Positions 50,798-60,715 of a DNA stretch of 64,000 nt are shown one piece after another. The stretch lies in NCBI GenBank assembly GCA_965262615.1, contig OZ253545.1, positions 384,001-448,000 on the forward strand. The letters run 5' to 3'. Each line of letters starts with the position of its first letter. Within the stretch, counting starts at the first letter, position 1. A program made the position numbers and the translations under genes. This DNA comes from Alphaproteobacteria bacterium. Its GTDB lineage: Bacteria; Pseudomonadota; Alphaproteobacteria; GM7ARS4; G965262615. The notes under the pieces are model-generated. The model had not been told where the DNA came from. It saw nothing but the letters and a program-made list of their open reading frames with translations, and did no database searches.

Positions 50798-51841
50798 ATG
50801 GCACTGGTATCAATGCGTCAATTACTGGATTGTGCGGCTGAGGATGGGTACGGCTTGCCAGCCTTTAATGTGAATAACATGGAGCAGGTGCAAGCGATCA
50901 TGCGGGCGGCGCATCGGGTGGATGCTCCTGTGATTGTGCAAGCCAGTCGCGGCGCACGCAATTATGCGGGGGACGCGTTTTTGCGCGCTCTGATGGTGGC
51001 GGCGAGTGAGGTGTGGCCTCATATTCCGGTGGCGATGCACTTGGATCATGGCAATGAGCCTGCCACCTGCTTTTCCGCCATGCAAAACGGATTTACATCG
51101 GTGATGATGGACGGCTCTCTCAAGGAGGATGCCAAAACCCCCGCCTCGTTTGATGACAATGTGCGAGTGACTCAAACGGTGACCAAAGTCGCCCATGCTT
51201 TTGGCGTGACGGTGGAAGGTGAATTGGGCTGTTTGGGCTCATTAGAGACGGGGACGGGAGACAAAGAAGACGGACACGGCTTTGAAGGGACGCTGGAGCG
51301 TTCCATGTTGCTCACAGACCCCGATGAGGCGGTGCGCTTTGTGGAGGAGACCCATGTGGATGCGTTGGCGGTGGCGATTGGAACATCGCACGGCGCGTAT
51401 AAATTCAGTCGCGAACCCAGTGGCGATATTTTGGCGATGGATGTCATCAAAGCCATTCATAAAAAAATTCCCAATACTCATTTGGTGATGCACGGCTCGT
51501 CGTCTGTGCCACAGCACTTGCAGGATTTAATTAACGAGGCGGGGGGCGCGATGCCGCAAACCTATGGGGTGCCGGTTGAGGAAATCATTCAAGGAATCAA
51601 ACACGGTGTGCGCAAAATTAACATTGACACCGATTGCCGCATGGCAATTACGGGCACATGGCGGCGCATTGCGCAAGAGAAAAAAGCCGAATTTGATCCA
51701 AGACAATTTTGCATTCCCGCCTATCAGGAGATGGAGAATCTCTGTGCCAGTCGGTATGAGGCGTTTGGTTGTGGGGGACGCGCGTCTGGCATCAAGCCGA
51801 TTGCCTTGGAGGAGATGGCGCATCGCTACAAAAACGGATGA
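50798..51841 (+). CDS. fba: Class II fructose-bisphosphate aldolase
   Basis: [40 protein letters not shown]. Confidence 0.96.
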   Translation: MALVSMRQLLDCAAEDGYGLPAFNVNNMEQVQAIMRAAHRVDAPVIVQASRGARNYAGDAFLRALMVAASEVWPHIPVAMHLDHGNEPATCFSAMQNGFTSVMMDGSLKEDAKTPASFDDNVRVTQTVTKVAHAFGVTVEGELGCLGSLETGTGDKEDGHGFEGTLERSMLLTDPDEAVRFVEETHVDALAVAIGTSHGAYKFSREPSGDILAMDVIKAIHKKIPNTHLVMHGSSSVPQHLQDLINEAGGAMPQTYGVPVEEIIQGIKHGVRKINIDTDCRMAITGTWRRIAQEKKAEFDPRQFCIPAYQEMENLCASRYEAFGCGGRASGIKPIALEEMAHRYKNG

Positions 51842-51848
51842 TGGTCTC

Positions 51849-52490
51849 GTGACGATTGCTCCTTCCATTTTAGCCGCCAACCATGCGGCTTTTGGTGATG
51901 CACTTGCCAGCATTGAACGAGCGGGAGCAGCGTCTGTTCATATTGATATTATGGATGGTCATTTTGTTCCCAACATTTCTTTTGGGGCGCAATTGGTGCA
52001 GGATTTGCGCGCCCTCAGCTCGCTGTTTTTTGATGTCCATTTGATGATTGACCCCTATGAGCCGTATTTAGAGTCTTTTGCTCAGGCGGGTGCGAACGGC
52101 ATCACCGTTCATGCCGAAGCCAGTGGGGATGTGGCACACGCGCTGGCGACAATTCGCTCATGGGGGTTGCGAGCAGGCATTGCCATCAATCCCAAAACGC
52201 CCGTGACTGACCGGTGGAAGGGAATGGTGGATCAAATTATTGTCATGACGGTAGAGCCGGGGTTTGGCGGGCAGAAGATTATTGATGGAACGGTTAAAAA
52301 ATTTCCTCAATTGCGGAAGATCTATGGGGATTCGGTCTCATTGGTGGCGGATGGCGGCGTGACTGTGGACAACGCGATGGGTCTGTGCACGGCGGGGGCG
52401 AATGTTTTGGTGGCGGGGACGGCGTTTTTTGATGCGGAAGATCAAGTGGCGTTTGTGCGGCGGTTGCAAGGAGAGCATCGGCATGGTTGA
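51849..52490 (+). CDS. rpe: Ribulose-phosphate 3-epimerase (GTG start inferred)
   Basis: IAPSIL, HIDIMDGHFVPN, DVHLM, MTVEPGFGGQ, DGGV. Confidence 0.95.
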   Translation: MTIAPSILAANHAAFGDALASIERAGAASVHIDIMDGHFVPNISFGAQLVQDLRALSSLFFDVHLMIDPYEPYLESFAQAGANGITVHAEASGDVAHALATIRSWGLRAGIAINPKTPVTDRWKGMVDQIIVMTVEPGFGGQKIIDGTVKKFPQLRKIYGDSVSLVADGGVTVDNAMGLCTAGANVLVAGTAFFDAEDQVAFVRRLQGEHRHG

Positions 52491-53826
52491 TTGTCTCATT
52501 AAGAATGTGACGCTGGTGACCCCCGATGCCATAGAGGAAGAGAGCTCCATTGCCATTGATAACGGACTGATTGTTGCGTTGGGAGACTATCCTTCCGCAC
52601 AACAGACGGTGGATGGCGGGGGGCTGCTGGCGATGGCGGGCATTGTGGATAGCCATGTGCACTGTCGCGAGCCGGGGGATTTTTATAAGGAGGATTTCAA
52701 GAGTTTTTCCAAGGCGGCATTGTTGGGCGGCATTACTTCTGTTTTGGATATGCCCAATAGCCAGCCGCCTGTGACATCGGCATCTGTGTTGAAGAAAAAG
52801 AAGGCGGCGGCGCGGGCGTCATTTTTTTGTGATTACGGCTTTTATGTGGGGGCGAGCGAGGCGAATTGTCATGATTTGGCACAGCTGGAAAAGATGGATG
52901 GCTGTGGCGGCATTAAATTGTTCATGGGCAGTTCCACGGGGGATTTGTTGGTGGAGGATGATGAGACCATTGGGATTATTTTGGCGCACGGCGAGGGCAT
53001 TGTGGCGTTTCATGCGGAGGATGAGGCGCGCATTCGGAATCGTCTCAAGCACCGTCTGAACGGTGAGCCGCGCAGTCATAGTGTGTGGCGAGATGAGAAG
53101 GCGGCGGCGTTGGCGTGTCGGCGGCTCATGGCATTGGCTCGCCGTCACGCGCCAAAGCGTCCGCTTCATGTATTGCATGTGTCAACTCAAGGTGAAGTGC
53201 GCGCCATCAGGCAAGGACAGCAGGCGGGCGTTAATGTGACCATGGAGGCGACACCTCATCATCTCATTCTAAGCGAGGACGATTATGACAATTTGCAAGG
53301 GCGCGCGGTGGTCAATCCGCCTTTGCGGGCGCGCCGCCACAGGGATTTTTTGCGTGAAGCGGCTCAGAAAGGATGGATTGACACCATCGGTTCAGACCAT
53401 GCCCCTCATTCATTGGTGGAAAAAGATGGCACATATCCCAATGTTCCTTCGGGCGTTCCCACCGCAGGATTGCTGCTGCCACTGATGATGCAGATGCATA
53501 GGGAAGGGATTTTTTCTTTGAATCGGTTGACATCATTGATGGCGGCAAATCCAGCGATGCGCTACCGCTTGTCGGGCAAGGGTCTGCTGCGGGTGGGGTA
53601 TGATGCCGATATTGTGCTGGTGGATGCCAAACAGACGCGCCGCATTGATGGCAGTGATTTTGCCATCAAGCCGTTTTTGGGCAAAAGCCAATGGTCTCCC
53701 TATGAAGGCAGGGAACTGACGGGATGGCCCCGCATGACATTCCTGCGCGGCAAAAAAATGACAGAAGACGGCGGCTATTGTCACGAATTTGCGTGTGGCG
53801 CGCCGCTGTGCTTTGATGTGGATTGA
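52483..53826 (+). CDS. pyrC: Dihydroorotase
   Basis: DSHVHCREPG, DMPN, KLFMGSSTG, HAED, VNPPLR, GSDHAPH. Confidence 0.88.
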   Translation: MVDCLIKNVTLVTPDAIEEESSIAIDNGLIVALGDYPSAQQTVDGGGLLAMAGIVDSHVHCREPGDFYKEDFKSFSKAALLGGITSVLDMPNSQPPVTSASVLKKKKAAARASFFCDYGFYVGASEANCHDLAQLEKMDGCGGIKLFMGSSTGDLLVEDDETIGIILAHGEGIVAFHAEDEARIRNRLKHRLNGEPRSHSVWRDEKAAALACRRLMALARRHAPKRPLHVLHVSTQGEVRAIRQGQQAGVNVTMEATPHHLILSEDDYDNLQGRAVVNPPLRARRHRDFLREAAQKGWIDTIGSDHAPHSLVEKDGTYPNVPSGVPTAGLLLPLMMQMHREGIFSLNRLTSLMAANPAMRYRLSGKGLLRVGYDADIVLVDAKQTRRIDGSDFAIKPFLGKSQWSPYEGRELTGWPRMTFLRGKKMTEDGGYCHEFACGAPLCFDVD

Positions 53827-54191
53827 GCCGTCAGCGTGACTCCCTGTTCGGCGGCTTCTTCAAGGGTGAGTTTTTGCAGCAGGGGGAGTTCTTTTTGAAT
53901 GGCGCGCCAGAGCCATAGGGCGATGTTTTCGGTGGTGGGATTTTCCAATTGGGGAATGTCATTGAGGTAGCGGTGGTCACACCGAGCAATGATGGGATGG
54001 ATGATGGAATCCAATTGGGCAAAATCCATGAGCCACCCCTTGTCTGGGTCCAGTGCTCCCGCAAGGGTGATGACGAGGCGAAAATTGTGACCATGCAAAC
54101 GCGAGCAGCAGTGCGTCTCATCCAATTGAGTCAGACGGCGCGCCGCGCAAAAATGATAACAACGATACAAGGTCAAATCGGGTGAGGTCAT
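53781..54191 (-). CDS. queD: 6-carboxy-tetrahydropterin synthase
   Basis: CSRLHGHNF, MDF, DHRYLN, ENPTTENIA. Confidence 0.92.
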   Translation of the reverse strand: MTSPDLTLYRCYHFCAARRLTQLDETHCCSRLHGHNFRLVITLAGALDPDKGWLMDFAQLDSIIHPIIARCDHRYLNDIPQLENPTTENIALWLWRAIQKELPLLQKLTLEEAAEQGVTLTAQSTSKHSGAPHANS

Positions 54192-54841
54192 GGGATGTTC
54201 CATAGTTTGTGCAATTGCAAACTCATACGCCAAGAAGGATGGCGGTTGCAATAGGTCATGATGTGAGCCATGTGGCGCAGCTGGCGACCGTCATCATTGG
54301 GCTGAATAAAACAATGACGAAAGTGACCTTGCTTGCGTATTTTTTGGCAATCACGCCACGACCAATGCTCCTGAGGCATGACGATTTTCAGCTCATCGCC
54401 GTGCCGTTGCACCAGACGCGATCCCGCCTTGGGACTGACGGTCAGCCAATCAATATCGGGTGGAACGGGCAGAGTGCCGTTGGTTTCGGTGGCAATAAAG
54501 AATTGTTTTTGGTGAAGGGCATCAATTAGGCAAGAATCCAATTGCAAAAGAGGCTCGCCGCCCGTGCAGACGATAAAAGGCTGAGTGTCATGATGATGCC
54601 GTTGCCACAGAGTCAATGCGGTGTGAGCCAGATCATCGGCATCAAAGATGCCGCCGTTCGTGCCATCAGTGCCCACAAAGTCGGTGTCACAAAAACGACA
54701 GATGGAAGAGGCGCGTGTCTGCTGCGCGCCAGACCATAAATTGCAGCCACTAAAGCGACAAAACACCGCGGCGCGTCCAGCATGAAAGCCCTCTCCTTGA
54801 CGCGTGACAAACAGCTCTTTGATTTTATAGCGGCGCGTCAT
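54188..54841 (-). CDS. queE: 7-carboxy-7-deazaguanine synthase (radical SAM, CX14CX2C type)
   Basis: QGEG, RFSGCNLW...CRFCDTDF, TGGEP, ETNG, VSPK. Confidence 0.94.
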   Translation of the reverse strand: MTRRYKIKELFVTRQGEGFHAGRAAVFCRFSGCNLWSGAQQTRASSICRFCDTDFVGTDGTNGGIFDADDLAHTALTLWQRHHHDTQPFIVCTGGEPLLQLDSCLIDALHQKQFFIATETNGTLPVPPDIDWLTVSPKAGSRLVQRHGDELKIVMPQEHWSWRDCQKIRKQGHFRHCFIQPNDDGRQLRHMAHIMTYCNRHPSWRMSLQLHKLWNIP

Positions 54842-55634
54842 GATGAATGAGAAGAGGGTCGGTCATGGCGCATTGCTTGAATGCCTCCATGCGCCAATGA
54901 CAGGAATCACATCGGCAACAGGGCGCGCCATCGGCAGCAGGATGATAGCAGCTGGAGGTCATGGCATAGTTCAATCCCAGTGAGAGTCCCGCTCGGATAA
55001 TATCGGCTTTGGTCATGTTGAGCAGAGGCGTGACGATGTCAATGGGCGGTGGTTGATTGTTTTCTTGAGCTTGCACACCTTTTTTTGTGGCGAGAGAAAT
55101 CAATTGCTTCCATGCGGCAAAATAGGCAGGACGGCAATCGGGATAGCCACTGTAGTCAATGTGATTAGCCCCCATCACAATGGCATCGGCATCATGACGC
55201 TCCGCCAATGCCAGTGCCACGGCGATAAAAATCGTGTTGCGCGCAGGAACATAAGTGGAAGGGGTGGAAGGGGTGGAAGGAATGTCATCATGCGGCTGAG
55301 CTGGTGGCACGGCAAGAGCCTCATCAGTAAGAGCCGAGCCGCCAATGTCTGCAAGGGGCAGAGGCAACACATGATGCGGCACTTTATAATGCTGTGCCAA
55401 CTGGCGCGCACAGGTGAGTTCATGGTGATGTTTTTGTCCATAGTGAAAGGAAAGGGCAATGATGTCGGCGTTGGCATGGTGCATCATGGCGAGGGTGGTG
55501 GCGGAATCCAGCCCCCCCGACAGCAACACAATTGCCTTTTTTGGTGCCTTTTTGGGGGGCTTGATTTTTTCATTTGCTGTGACGGCAGGCTTCATGGCAT
55601 GATGACGGATGGGGATGGAATCGCAATTCATCAA
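54825..55634 (-). CDS. queC: 7-cyano-7-deazaguanine synthase (start uncertain, possibly 55598 or later)
   Basis: LLSGGLDS, YVPARN, YSGYPDCR, SCY..C..CDSC. Confidence 0.95.
   Translation of the reverse strand: MMNCDSIPIRHHAMKPAVTANEKIKPPKKAPKKAIVLLSGGLDSATTLAMMHHANADIIALSFHYGQKHHHELTCARQLAQHYKVPHHVLPLPLADIGGSALTDEALAVPPAQPHDDIPSTPSTPSTYVPARNTIFIAVALALAERHDADAIVMGANHIDYSGYPDCRPAYFAAWKQLISLATKKGVQAQENNQPPPIDIVTPLLNMTKADIIRAGLSLGLNYAMTSSCYHPAADGAPCCRCDSCHWRMEAFKQCAMTDPLLIHHDAPL
55255..55280. repeat. 9-bp tandem repeat (GTGGAAGGG, about 3 copies) encoding PSTPSTPST in QueC
   Basis: Read directly from the sequence. Confidence 0.85.
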
Positions 55635-56769
55635 AGATGCTATTATTCGTCAAGCGATGGCGCAAGGGCTTGATGCCATTGGCTTTTGTGAGCCGCATAT
55701 TCGCAGACAGGCGCGCCAGCGATTTATTGAGCTGTTGCGTCAGGGGTATCACGGCGACATGGGATGGCTCAAGGCGCGCTTGCGCAAAAGATTGAACCCC
55801 TGCCAATTGTGGAGCAAGGCGCGCAGTGTCATTGTGGTGGGAATTTCCTATCGTCCGCAGCATGACCCTTTGGAGATTATCAAGCACAAACACAAAGGTG
55901 CGGTGAGCGTCTATGCCCGTATGGATGACTATCATCACATGTGCAAGCAGGTGTTGTTGCCATTGACGGCGTGGATGGAACGGCGGTTTTCGTGTCACGC
56001 TAAAATTTGTGTGGATAGTGCGGCGGTGATGGAGAAGCCTTTGGCACAGCAGGCTGGATTGGGATGGCAGGGCAAGCACAGCAATCTGGTGTCGCGCGAC
56101 TATGGCTCTTGGTTGTTTTTGGCTGAAATTCTGACCGATTTGCATTTGCCTCACGATGTTATGGGACATGATCACTGTGGTTCGTGTCGCGCCTGTTTGG
56201 ATATTTGTCCCACGCGCGCCTTTCCCGCGCCCTATCGGCTGGATGCTCGCCGCTGCATATCCTATTTGACCATTGAACATAAGGGCGTGATTGATCGCGC
56301 GCTGCGTCCCCTGATGGGCAATCGCATTTTTGGCTGTGATGATTGTCTGGCGGTGTGTCCTTGGAACAAGTTTGCTCGTGCGCCTTCATCACAGCAGTGG
56401 TTGCCTTATGGCGATGAGCAATTGCCCCGACTGCGTGACTATGTGTCTTTAGACGAGGAAGGCTTTCGGCGGATGTTTGCAGGCACGGCGGTGCGGCGCA
56501 TTGGACGCAATCGCTTTGTGCGTAATGTGCTCATTGCTCTGGGCAACAGCGGAGCGAGCCGTGATGGTGTTGTGATTGTTCCTTTGCTGCATGATTCATC
56601 CCCTTTGGTGCGCGGCATGGCGGTGTGGGCATTGGCACAATTGATGCCGCAAGAGTGGATGGCAGAGCAGGCGGCACAGCATCTGCCGCAAGAGACCGAT
56701 GCTCATGTGCGCGAGGAATGGCAGGTCGTGTTAGATTCAGCGTTAAATCCATCGCCCCGCGGTGTCTAA
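55609..56769 (+). CDS. queG: Epoxyqueuosine reductase
   Basis: VDSAAVMEK, GWQGK, CGSCRACLDICPT, CISYLTIE, GCDDCLAVCPWN. Confidence 0.95.
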   Translation: MGMESQFIKDAIIRQAMAQGLDAIGFCEPHIRRQARQRFIELLRQGYHGDMGWLKARLRKRLNPCQLWSKARSVIVVGISYRPQHDPLEIIKHKHKGAVSVYARMDDYHHMCKQVLLPLTAWMERRFSCHAKICVDSAAVMEKPLAQQAGLGWQGKHSNLVSRDYGSWLFLAEILTDLHLPHDVMGHDHCGSCRACLDICPTRAFPAPYRLDARRCISYLTIEHKGVIDRALRPLMGNRIFGCDDCLAVCPWNKFARAPSSQQWLPYGDEQLPRLRDYVSLDEEGFRRMFAGTAVRRIGRNRFVRNVLIALGNSGASRDGVVIVPLLHDSSPLVRGMAVWALAQLMPQEWMAEQAAQHLPQETDAHVREEWQVVLDSALNPSPRGV

Positions 56770-57690
56770 AATTGTGGCAAGGGCGCGCTGCACATTTTTA
56801 TGTCCGCTATGATGCCCGGACTCTTCGGCAAAAGTGAGCTGTGCCTTGTCACCCCATGTTTGCACAAGACGATGGGCTGTGGCAGGGGGGCAGAGCAAAT
56901 CGTAGCGCGCCGCCACCACCCGCAGAGGAATATGGGAGGGCACATCTTTTTGCCACCACGATGAGGGGAGGAAAAAATCATGACGCATGTAGTGCCATTC
57001 CAAAAAGGGCGAGCGGGGAAAATCTTGGCGGTCGGCGGCTTCTTGCCATGAGGGAAGGGATTGCTCGGAATTCAAATCGGAGAGAATGCGCTCATAATCG
57101 TGCCAAATCCAAGCGGCGGCGCGATCATCGGCTTGATGAGGATCGCGAATGAAGTCGCCCCACTGCGCCAGCAGCTGGTCATCGCTGAACGATTTTTGAC
57201 ATCGCTGCTCAGCGCGCTCTTTCAATTGATGCCACAGTTCAGGGCGAAACCGCATAGCATGGGTGGCAAACGCATGACGCACTTCGTCACGAGAGCCAAG
57301 AAAGACACTGCGTAACACCAGTCCCAACACCCGCTGCGGATAGTGCTGGGCATAGGCAAGGGCTAAGGTAGAGCCCCATGAGCCTCCCACCACCAGCCAT
57401 CGGTCAATGGCGGCAGTGGTTCGCAATTGTTCCATGTCGCGCATGAGGTGTTGGGTGCTGTTGTGTGTCATGTCGCAGTGAGGTGTGCTCATGCCGCAGC
57501 CTCGTTGGTCAAAAAACAATGCGTAAAATTTCGTGCGCCGCCGCGCAATGAACCGAATCTGCTGGTTGGTGATGCGTCCGCCAGGACCACCGTGCAAAAA
57601 AATCAGAGGCAAAGCTTTGGGATTGCCGATGCACTGATAGGCAACTCGGTGATGGTCGGGGGTGATGAGGGTGTCAGGGGAGCGATTCAC
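56743..57690 (-). CDS. pip: Proline iminopeptidase
   Basis: LHGGPG, DQRGCG.S, GGSWGSTLAL, RYDLLCP, SGH. Confidence 0.85.
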   Translation of the reverse strand: MNRSPDTLITPDHHRVAYQCIGNPKALPLIFLHGGPGGRITNQQIRFIARRRTKFYALFFDQRGCGMSTPHCDMTHNSTQHLMRDMEQLRTTAAIDRWLVVGGSWGSTLALAYAQHYPQRVLGLVLRSVFLGSRDEVRHAFATHAMRFRPELWHQLKERAEQRCQKSFSDDQLLAQWGDFIRDPHQADDRAAAWIWHDYERILSDLNSEQSLPSWQEAADRQDFPRSPFLEWHYMRHDFFLPSSWWQKDVPSHIPLRVVAARYDLLCPPATAHRLVQTWGDKAQLTFAEESGHHSGHKNVQRALATILDTAGRWI

Positions 57691-59162
57691 TGAACGGCGT
57701 GTTCCAATTGATAGGCGACATGAAACAAAGTGTCTTCACGCAAGGCTTGGGTGATGATTTGCATGCCGATGGGCAGACCGTCATCGCCATGCCCGACAGG
57801 AACGGAGATGGCGGGCAATCCCGCCAGAGAGGCAGGAACGGTGAGAATATCATTGGCATACATGGCGAGGGCATCTTGCGTCTTTTCTCCTTGAGCAAAG
57901 GCGGTGGTGGGGGTGGTGGGCGTGAGCAGAGCGTCCACATCGGAGAATACCTGATCAAAGTCTTTGCGAATCAGTGAACGCACTCGTCCCGCTTTGAGAT
58001 AATAGGCATCATAATAGCCGGCAGACAGAACATACGCGCCAATCAAAATGCGTCTTTTGACTTCACCGCCGAAAAATTGCGAGCGTGTCATTTCGTAAAG
58101 GGCATCAAGGGATGGTGCGTCATCAGGGGTGCGCGCGCCATAGCGTACGCCGTCATAGCGGGCAAGGTTGGAGGAGGCTTCGGCGGGGGCAAGGATATAA
58201 TAGGTGGGCAAGGCATAACGGGTATGAGGAAGACTCACCTCGCGCACCGTTGCTCCTTTGTCTTGCAGCCATTGGGCTGCGTCTCGCCACCGCTCGCGAA
58301 TGTCATTTTGAATGCCTCCGATGTCGTATTCTTTGGGGATGCCGATGGTCATGCCTTTGAGGTCATCGTGTTTTTTGTGATGAATGGGTGGTGGCGGCTC
58401 AGGAATGGAGGTGGCATCTTTGGCATCGTGTCCCGCCATGACGGCATAGAGCAAGGCGGCATCTTCCACCGTGAGGGTGAGGCTTCCTGCTTGGTCAAGA
58501 GACGAGGCAAAGGCGATCATGCCGTAGCGGGAGCATCGTCCGTAGCTGGGTTTGAATCCCACCAGTCCGCAGAATGCGGCGGGCTGTCGAATGGAGCCGC
58601 CCGTGTCGCTGCCTGTGGCAGCCAGTGCCAGTCCGCCCGCCACCGCCGCCGCCGACCCACCCGATGACCCCCCTGGAACAAGTGCCACACGGGGCGCGTC
58701 TTTTTTGCGATGAGGATTGCGCACCGAGCCAAACGCACTGGTCATGTTTGCCGACCCCATGGCAAATTCGTCCATGTTGCTTTTGCCCAACAACACGCTG
58801 CCCGCTTCTTTGATATGGCGAGAGACGGTGGATTCATAGGGGGGAATAAATTGCTCCAACATGCGAGAGCCCGCCGTGGAGACAACGCTTTCCGTGCAAA
58901 AAACATCTTTCATGGCGATGGGAAGACCCTCCAGTGCCCGAGCCGTTTTCGCCTTGAGATGTTTGTCTGATGCAGCGGCATCTGCCAGCGCGCGCTCGGA
59001 TGTCACCGTGATGAAAGCGTTGATGTCGGCATTGTCCCTGTCAATCTTTTGCAAAAAATGACGGGTCAATTCAGTGGCGGACACATCTCCAGCCAACAGT
59101 GCGGCGCGTGCCTGACTCAAGGACTGACTCAAAGAAGAAAATTCCATGCTAGTCTGTATCAA
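57687..59162 (-). CDS. gatA: Glu/Asp-tRNA amidotransferase subunit A
   Basis: NMDEFAMGS, PGGSSGGSAA, DTGGSIRQPA, SNLARYDG. Confidence 0.97.
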   Translation of the reverse strand: MIQTSMEFSSLSQSLSQARAALLAGDVSATELTRHFLQKIDRDNADINAFITVTSERALADAAASDKHLKAKTARALEGLPIAMKDVFCTESVVSTAGSRMLEQFIPPYESTVSRHIKEAGSVLLGKSNMDEFAMGSANMTSAFGSVRNPHRKKDAPRVALVPGGSSGGSAAAVAGGLALAATGSDTGGSIRQPAAFCGLVGFKPSYGRCSRYGMIAFASSLDQAGSLTLTVEDAALLYAVMAGHDAKDATSIPEPPPPIHHKKHDDLKGMTIGIPKEYDIGGIQNDIRERWRDAAQWLQDKGATVREVSLPHTRYALPTYYILAPAEASSNLARYDGVRYGARTPDDAPSLDALYEMTRSQFFGGEVKRRILIGAYVLSAGYYDAYYLKAGRVRSLIRKDFDQVFSDVDALLTPTTPTTAFAQGEKTQDALAMYANDILTVPASLAGLPAISVPVGHGDDGLPIGMQIITQALREDTLFHVAYQLEHAVQ

Positions 59163-59448
59163 TCACTTTGGGAACAGCGAAAAAATCTTGCAGTGGCATT
59201 GGCGCATTGGCGAGCAATGCCGCGCGGCGGTCGCTGTCATCATGGGTGGCATCGTCTCGCTGAGGCATGGTCACATTGCTAATATTAAGCAGGGGGTCTT
59301 CGTTGTCGGTATTGACTTCATTGAGCTGGTCAATCCACGCAAAAATGGCATCCAATTCATTGGCGTAGCGCGTGGCATCTTCATCACTGAAGGTGAGACG
59401 CGCTAAGCTCGCCACTTCATGCACTTTATTTTTGTCAAAATGAGCCAT
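59149..59448 (-). CDS. gatC: Glu/Asp-tRNA amidotransferase subunit C
   Basis: VASLARL, QLNEVNT, FFAVPKVI. Confidence 0.93.
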   Translation of the reverse strand: MAHFDKNKVHEVASLARLTFSDEDATRYANELDAIFAWIDQLNEVNTDNEDPLLNISNVTMPQRDDATHDDSDRRAALLANAPMPLQDFFAVPKVIDTD

Positions 59449-59483
59449 TCTGTTCCCTTGCCGATGGTGCTACTGTAAAGGCG

Positions 59484-59957
59484 ATGGATTCAATCCGCAA
59501 GTTTTATCATGGCATGCAGCGGGCAGGGCGAGGCACGATTCTTGCCCTTGATTCGGGTGCGCGCTGGATTGGTGTCGCCGTCTCTGATGACCATCACCGT
59601 TTGGCTCTGCCGCAAAATGCCTTTAGACGCGATCAAATTCCGTCTTTTGTGACCCATATCGCTCAATTGATGACTACGCATGGTTGCACGGGTGTGGTGA
59701 TGGGTTTGCCACTGCGTCTTGATGGCGGCATGGCGCGCGAAACGCAAAGAGCAAAAGATTTGGCACAGTCATTGCATCAAGAATTGAAAGTTCCCATTTT
59801 ATTATGGGATGAGAGATTTTCCAGTGAGGGCGCGACGCGCCTCATGAGCCACTCGCCCACTCGCAGAAAAAATGGTACAATGCGCCACAGCATCGCCGCC
59901 GCTTGGATTTTAGATGCCGTGTTGCAAAGATTACGCACAATGGAGCACACCTCATGA
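59484..59957 (+). CDS. ruvX: YqgF/RuvX nuclease
   Basis: LALDSG..IGVAVSD, VMGLP, WDERFSS. Confidence 0.9.
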   Translation: MDSIRKFYHGMQRAGRGTILALDSGARWIGVAVSDDHHRLALPQNAFRRDQIPSFVTHIAQLMTTHGCTGVVMGLPLRLDGGMARETQRAKDLAQSLHQELKVPILLWDERFSSEGATRLMSHSPTRRKNGTMRHSIAAAWILDAVLQRLRTMEHTS

Positions 59958-60715
59958 AACTCGCCGCATTATTGTTGGAATTGGAAGGATGCGTGGTGGA
60001 GACCGAAGACATCCATCGGCGTGCCTTCAATGTTGCCTTTCGTGAATTTGGGCAAACATGGCTATGGGATGAGGCACTCTATGGTGAGCTGTTAACCATT
60101 GAGGGCGGCAAGGAGCGTCTTAAACGCTATATTGAGCGCACCGCTCCCAGCATCAAGGAGCGCAGTGACTACAGCAATTTTGTTGATGCCATGCATAAGG
60201 CGAAAAATTTTGCTTTTCGGGAACTGGTGCGCTCGGAAGGCATTGCCTTGCGGCGCGGGGTGTTGCCATTTTTGCAGCAGGCACAAGCGGAGGATATTCG
60301 TCTTGCCATCACCACCTCTATGACGCAAGAAAATGTGACAGTGGTGTTGCAGCATGGATTGCAACCGCATTGTTCCTTTGATGTCATCGGCTGGGGCGAG
60401 CGGGTGGCGGCGAAAAAGCCCGCCACAGATATTTATGTCTGGACACTGGGGGAACTGGCTCTGCCGTCTGCCGCTTGTTTTGCCATGGAAAGCACTCCCC
60501 ATGGTGTCAAGGGATGCCTCAGTGCTGGCATTGGCGTGGCGGTGACCGTCACGCGCTATAGCCGTCAGGAAAACTTTGACGGCGCACAGGCGGTGCTGGA
60601 TGGATGGGGAGATGACAAAAACCCCATTGAGGTGATTGACGGCAATGCTCACGGACATCCCCATGTGACCCTCAATTTGATTCGGCAGTGGCATGAACAG
60701 GCATCTTCTGTGTAG
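59954..60715 (+). CDS. CbbY-like HAD-superfamily protein with degenerate motif I
   Basis: ETEDIHRRAFN, W...LYGELL..GGKER, KKPATDIY; ELEG replaces DxDG. Confidence 0.75.
   Translation: MKLAALLLELEGCVVETEDIHRRAFNVAFREFGQTWLWDEALYGELLTIEGGKERLKRYIERTAPSIKERSDYSNFVDAMHKAKNFAFRELVRSEGIALRRGVLPFLQQAQAEDIRLAITTSMTQENVTVVLQHGLQPHCSFDVIGWGERVAAKKPATDIYVWTLGELALPSAACFAMESTPHGVKGCLSAGIGVAVTVTRYSRQENFDGAQAVLDGWGDDKNPIEVIDGNAHGHPHVTLNLIRQWHEQASSV

Noticed and set aside
53781-56769. 7-deazaguanine DNA modification (dpd) defence island
   Set aside because: queCDE sit with queG and no dpdA-like gene, which indicates ordinary tRNA queuosine synthesis
49596-60715. Calvin cycle cluster (pgk, fba, rpe, CbbY-like)
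   Set aside because: No RuBisCO or phosphoribulokinase in the window; these genes are common in heterotrophs
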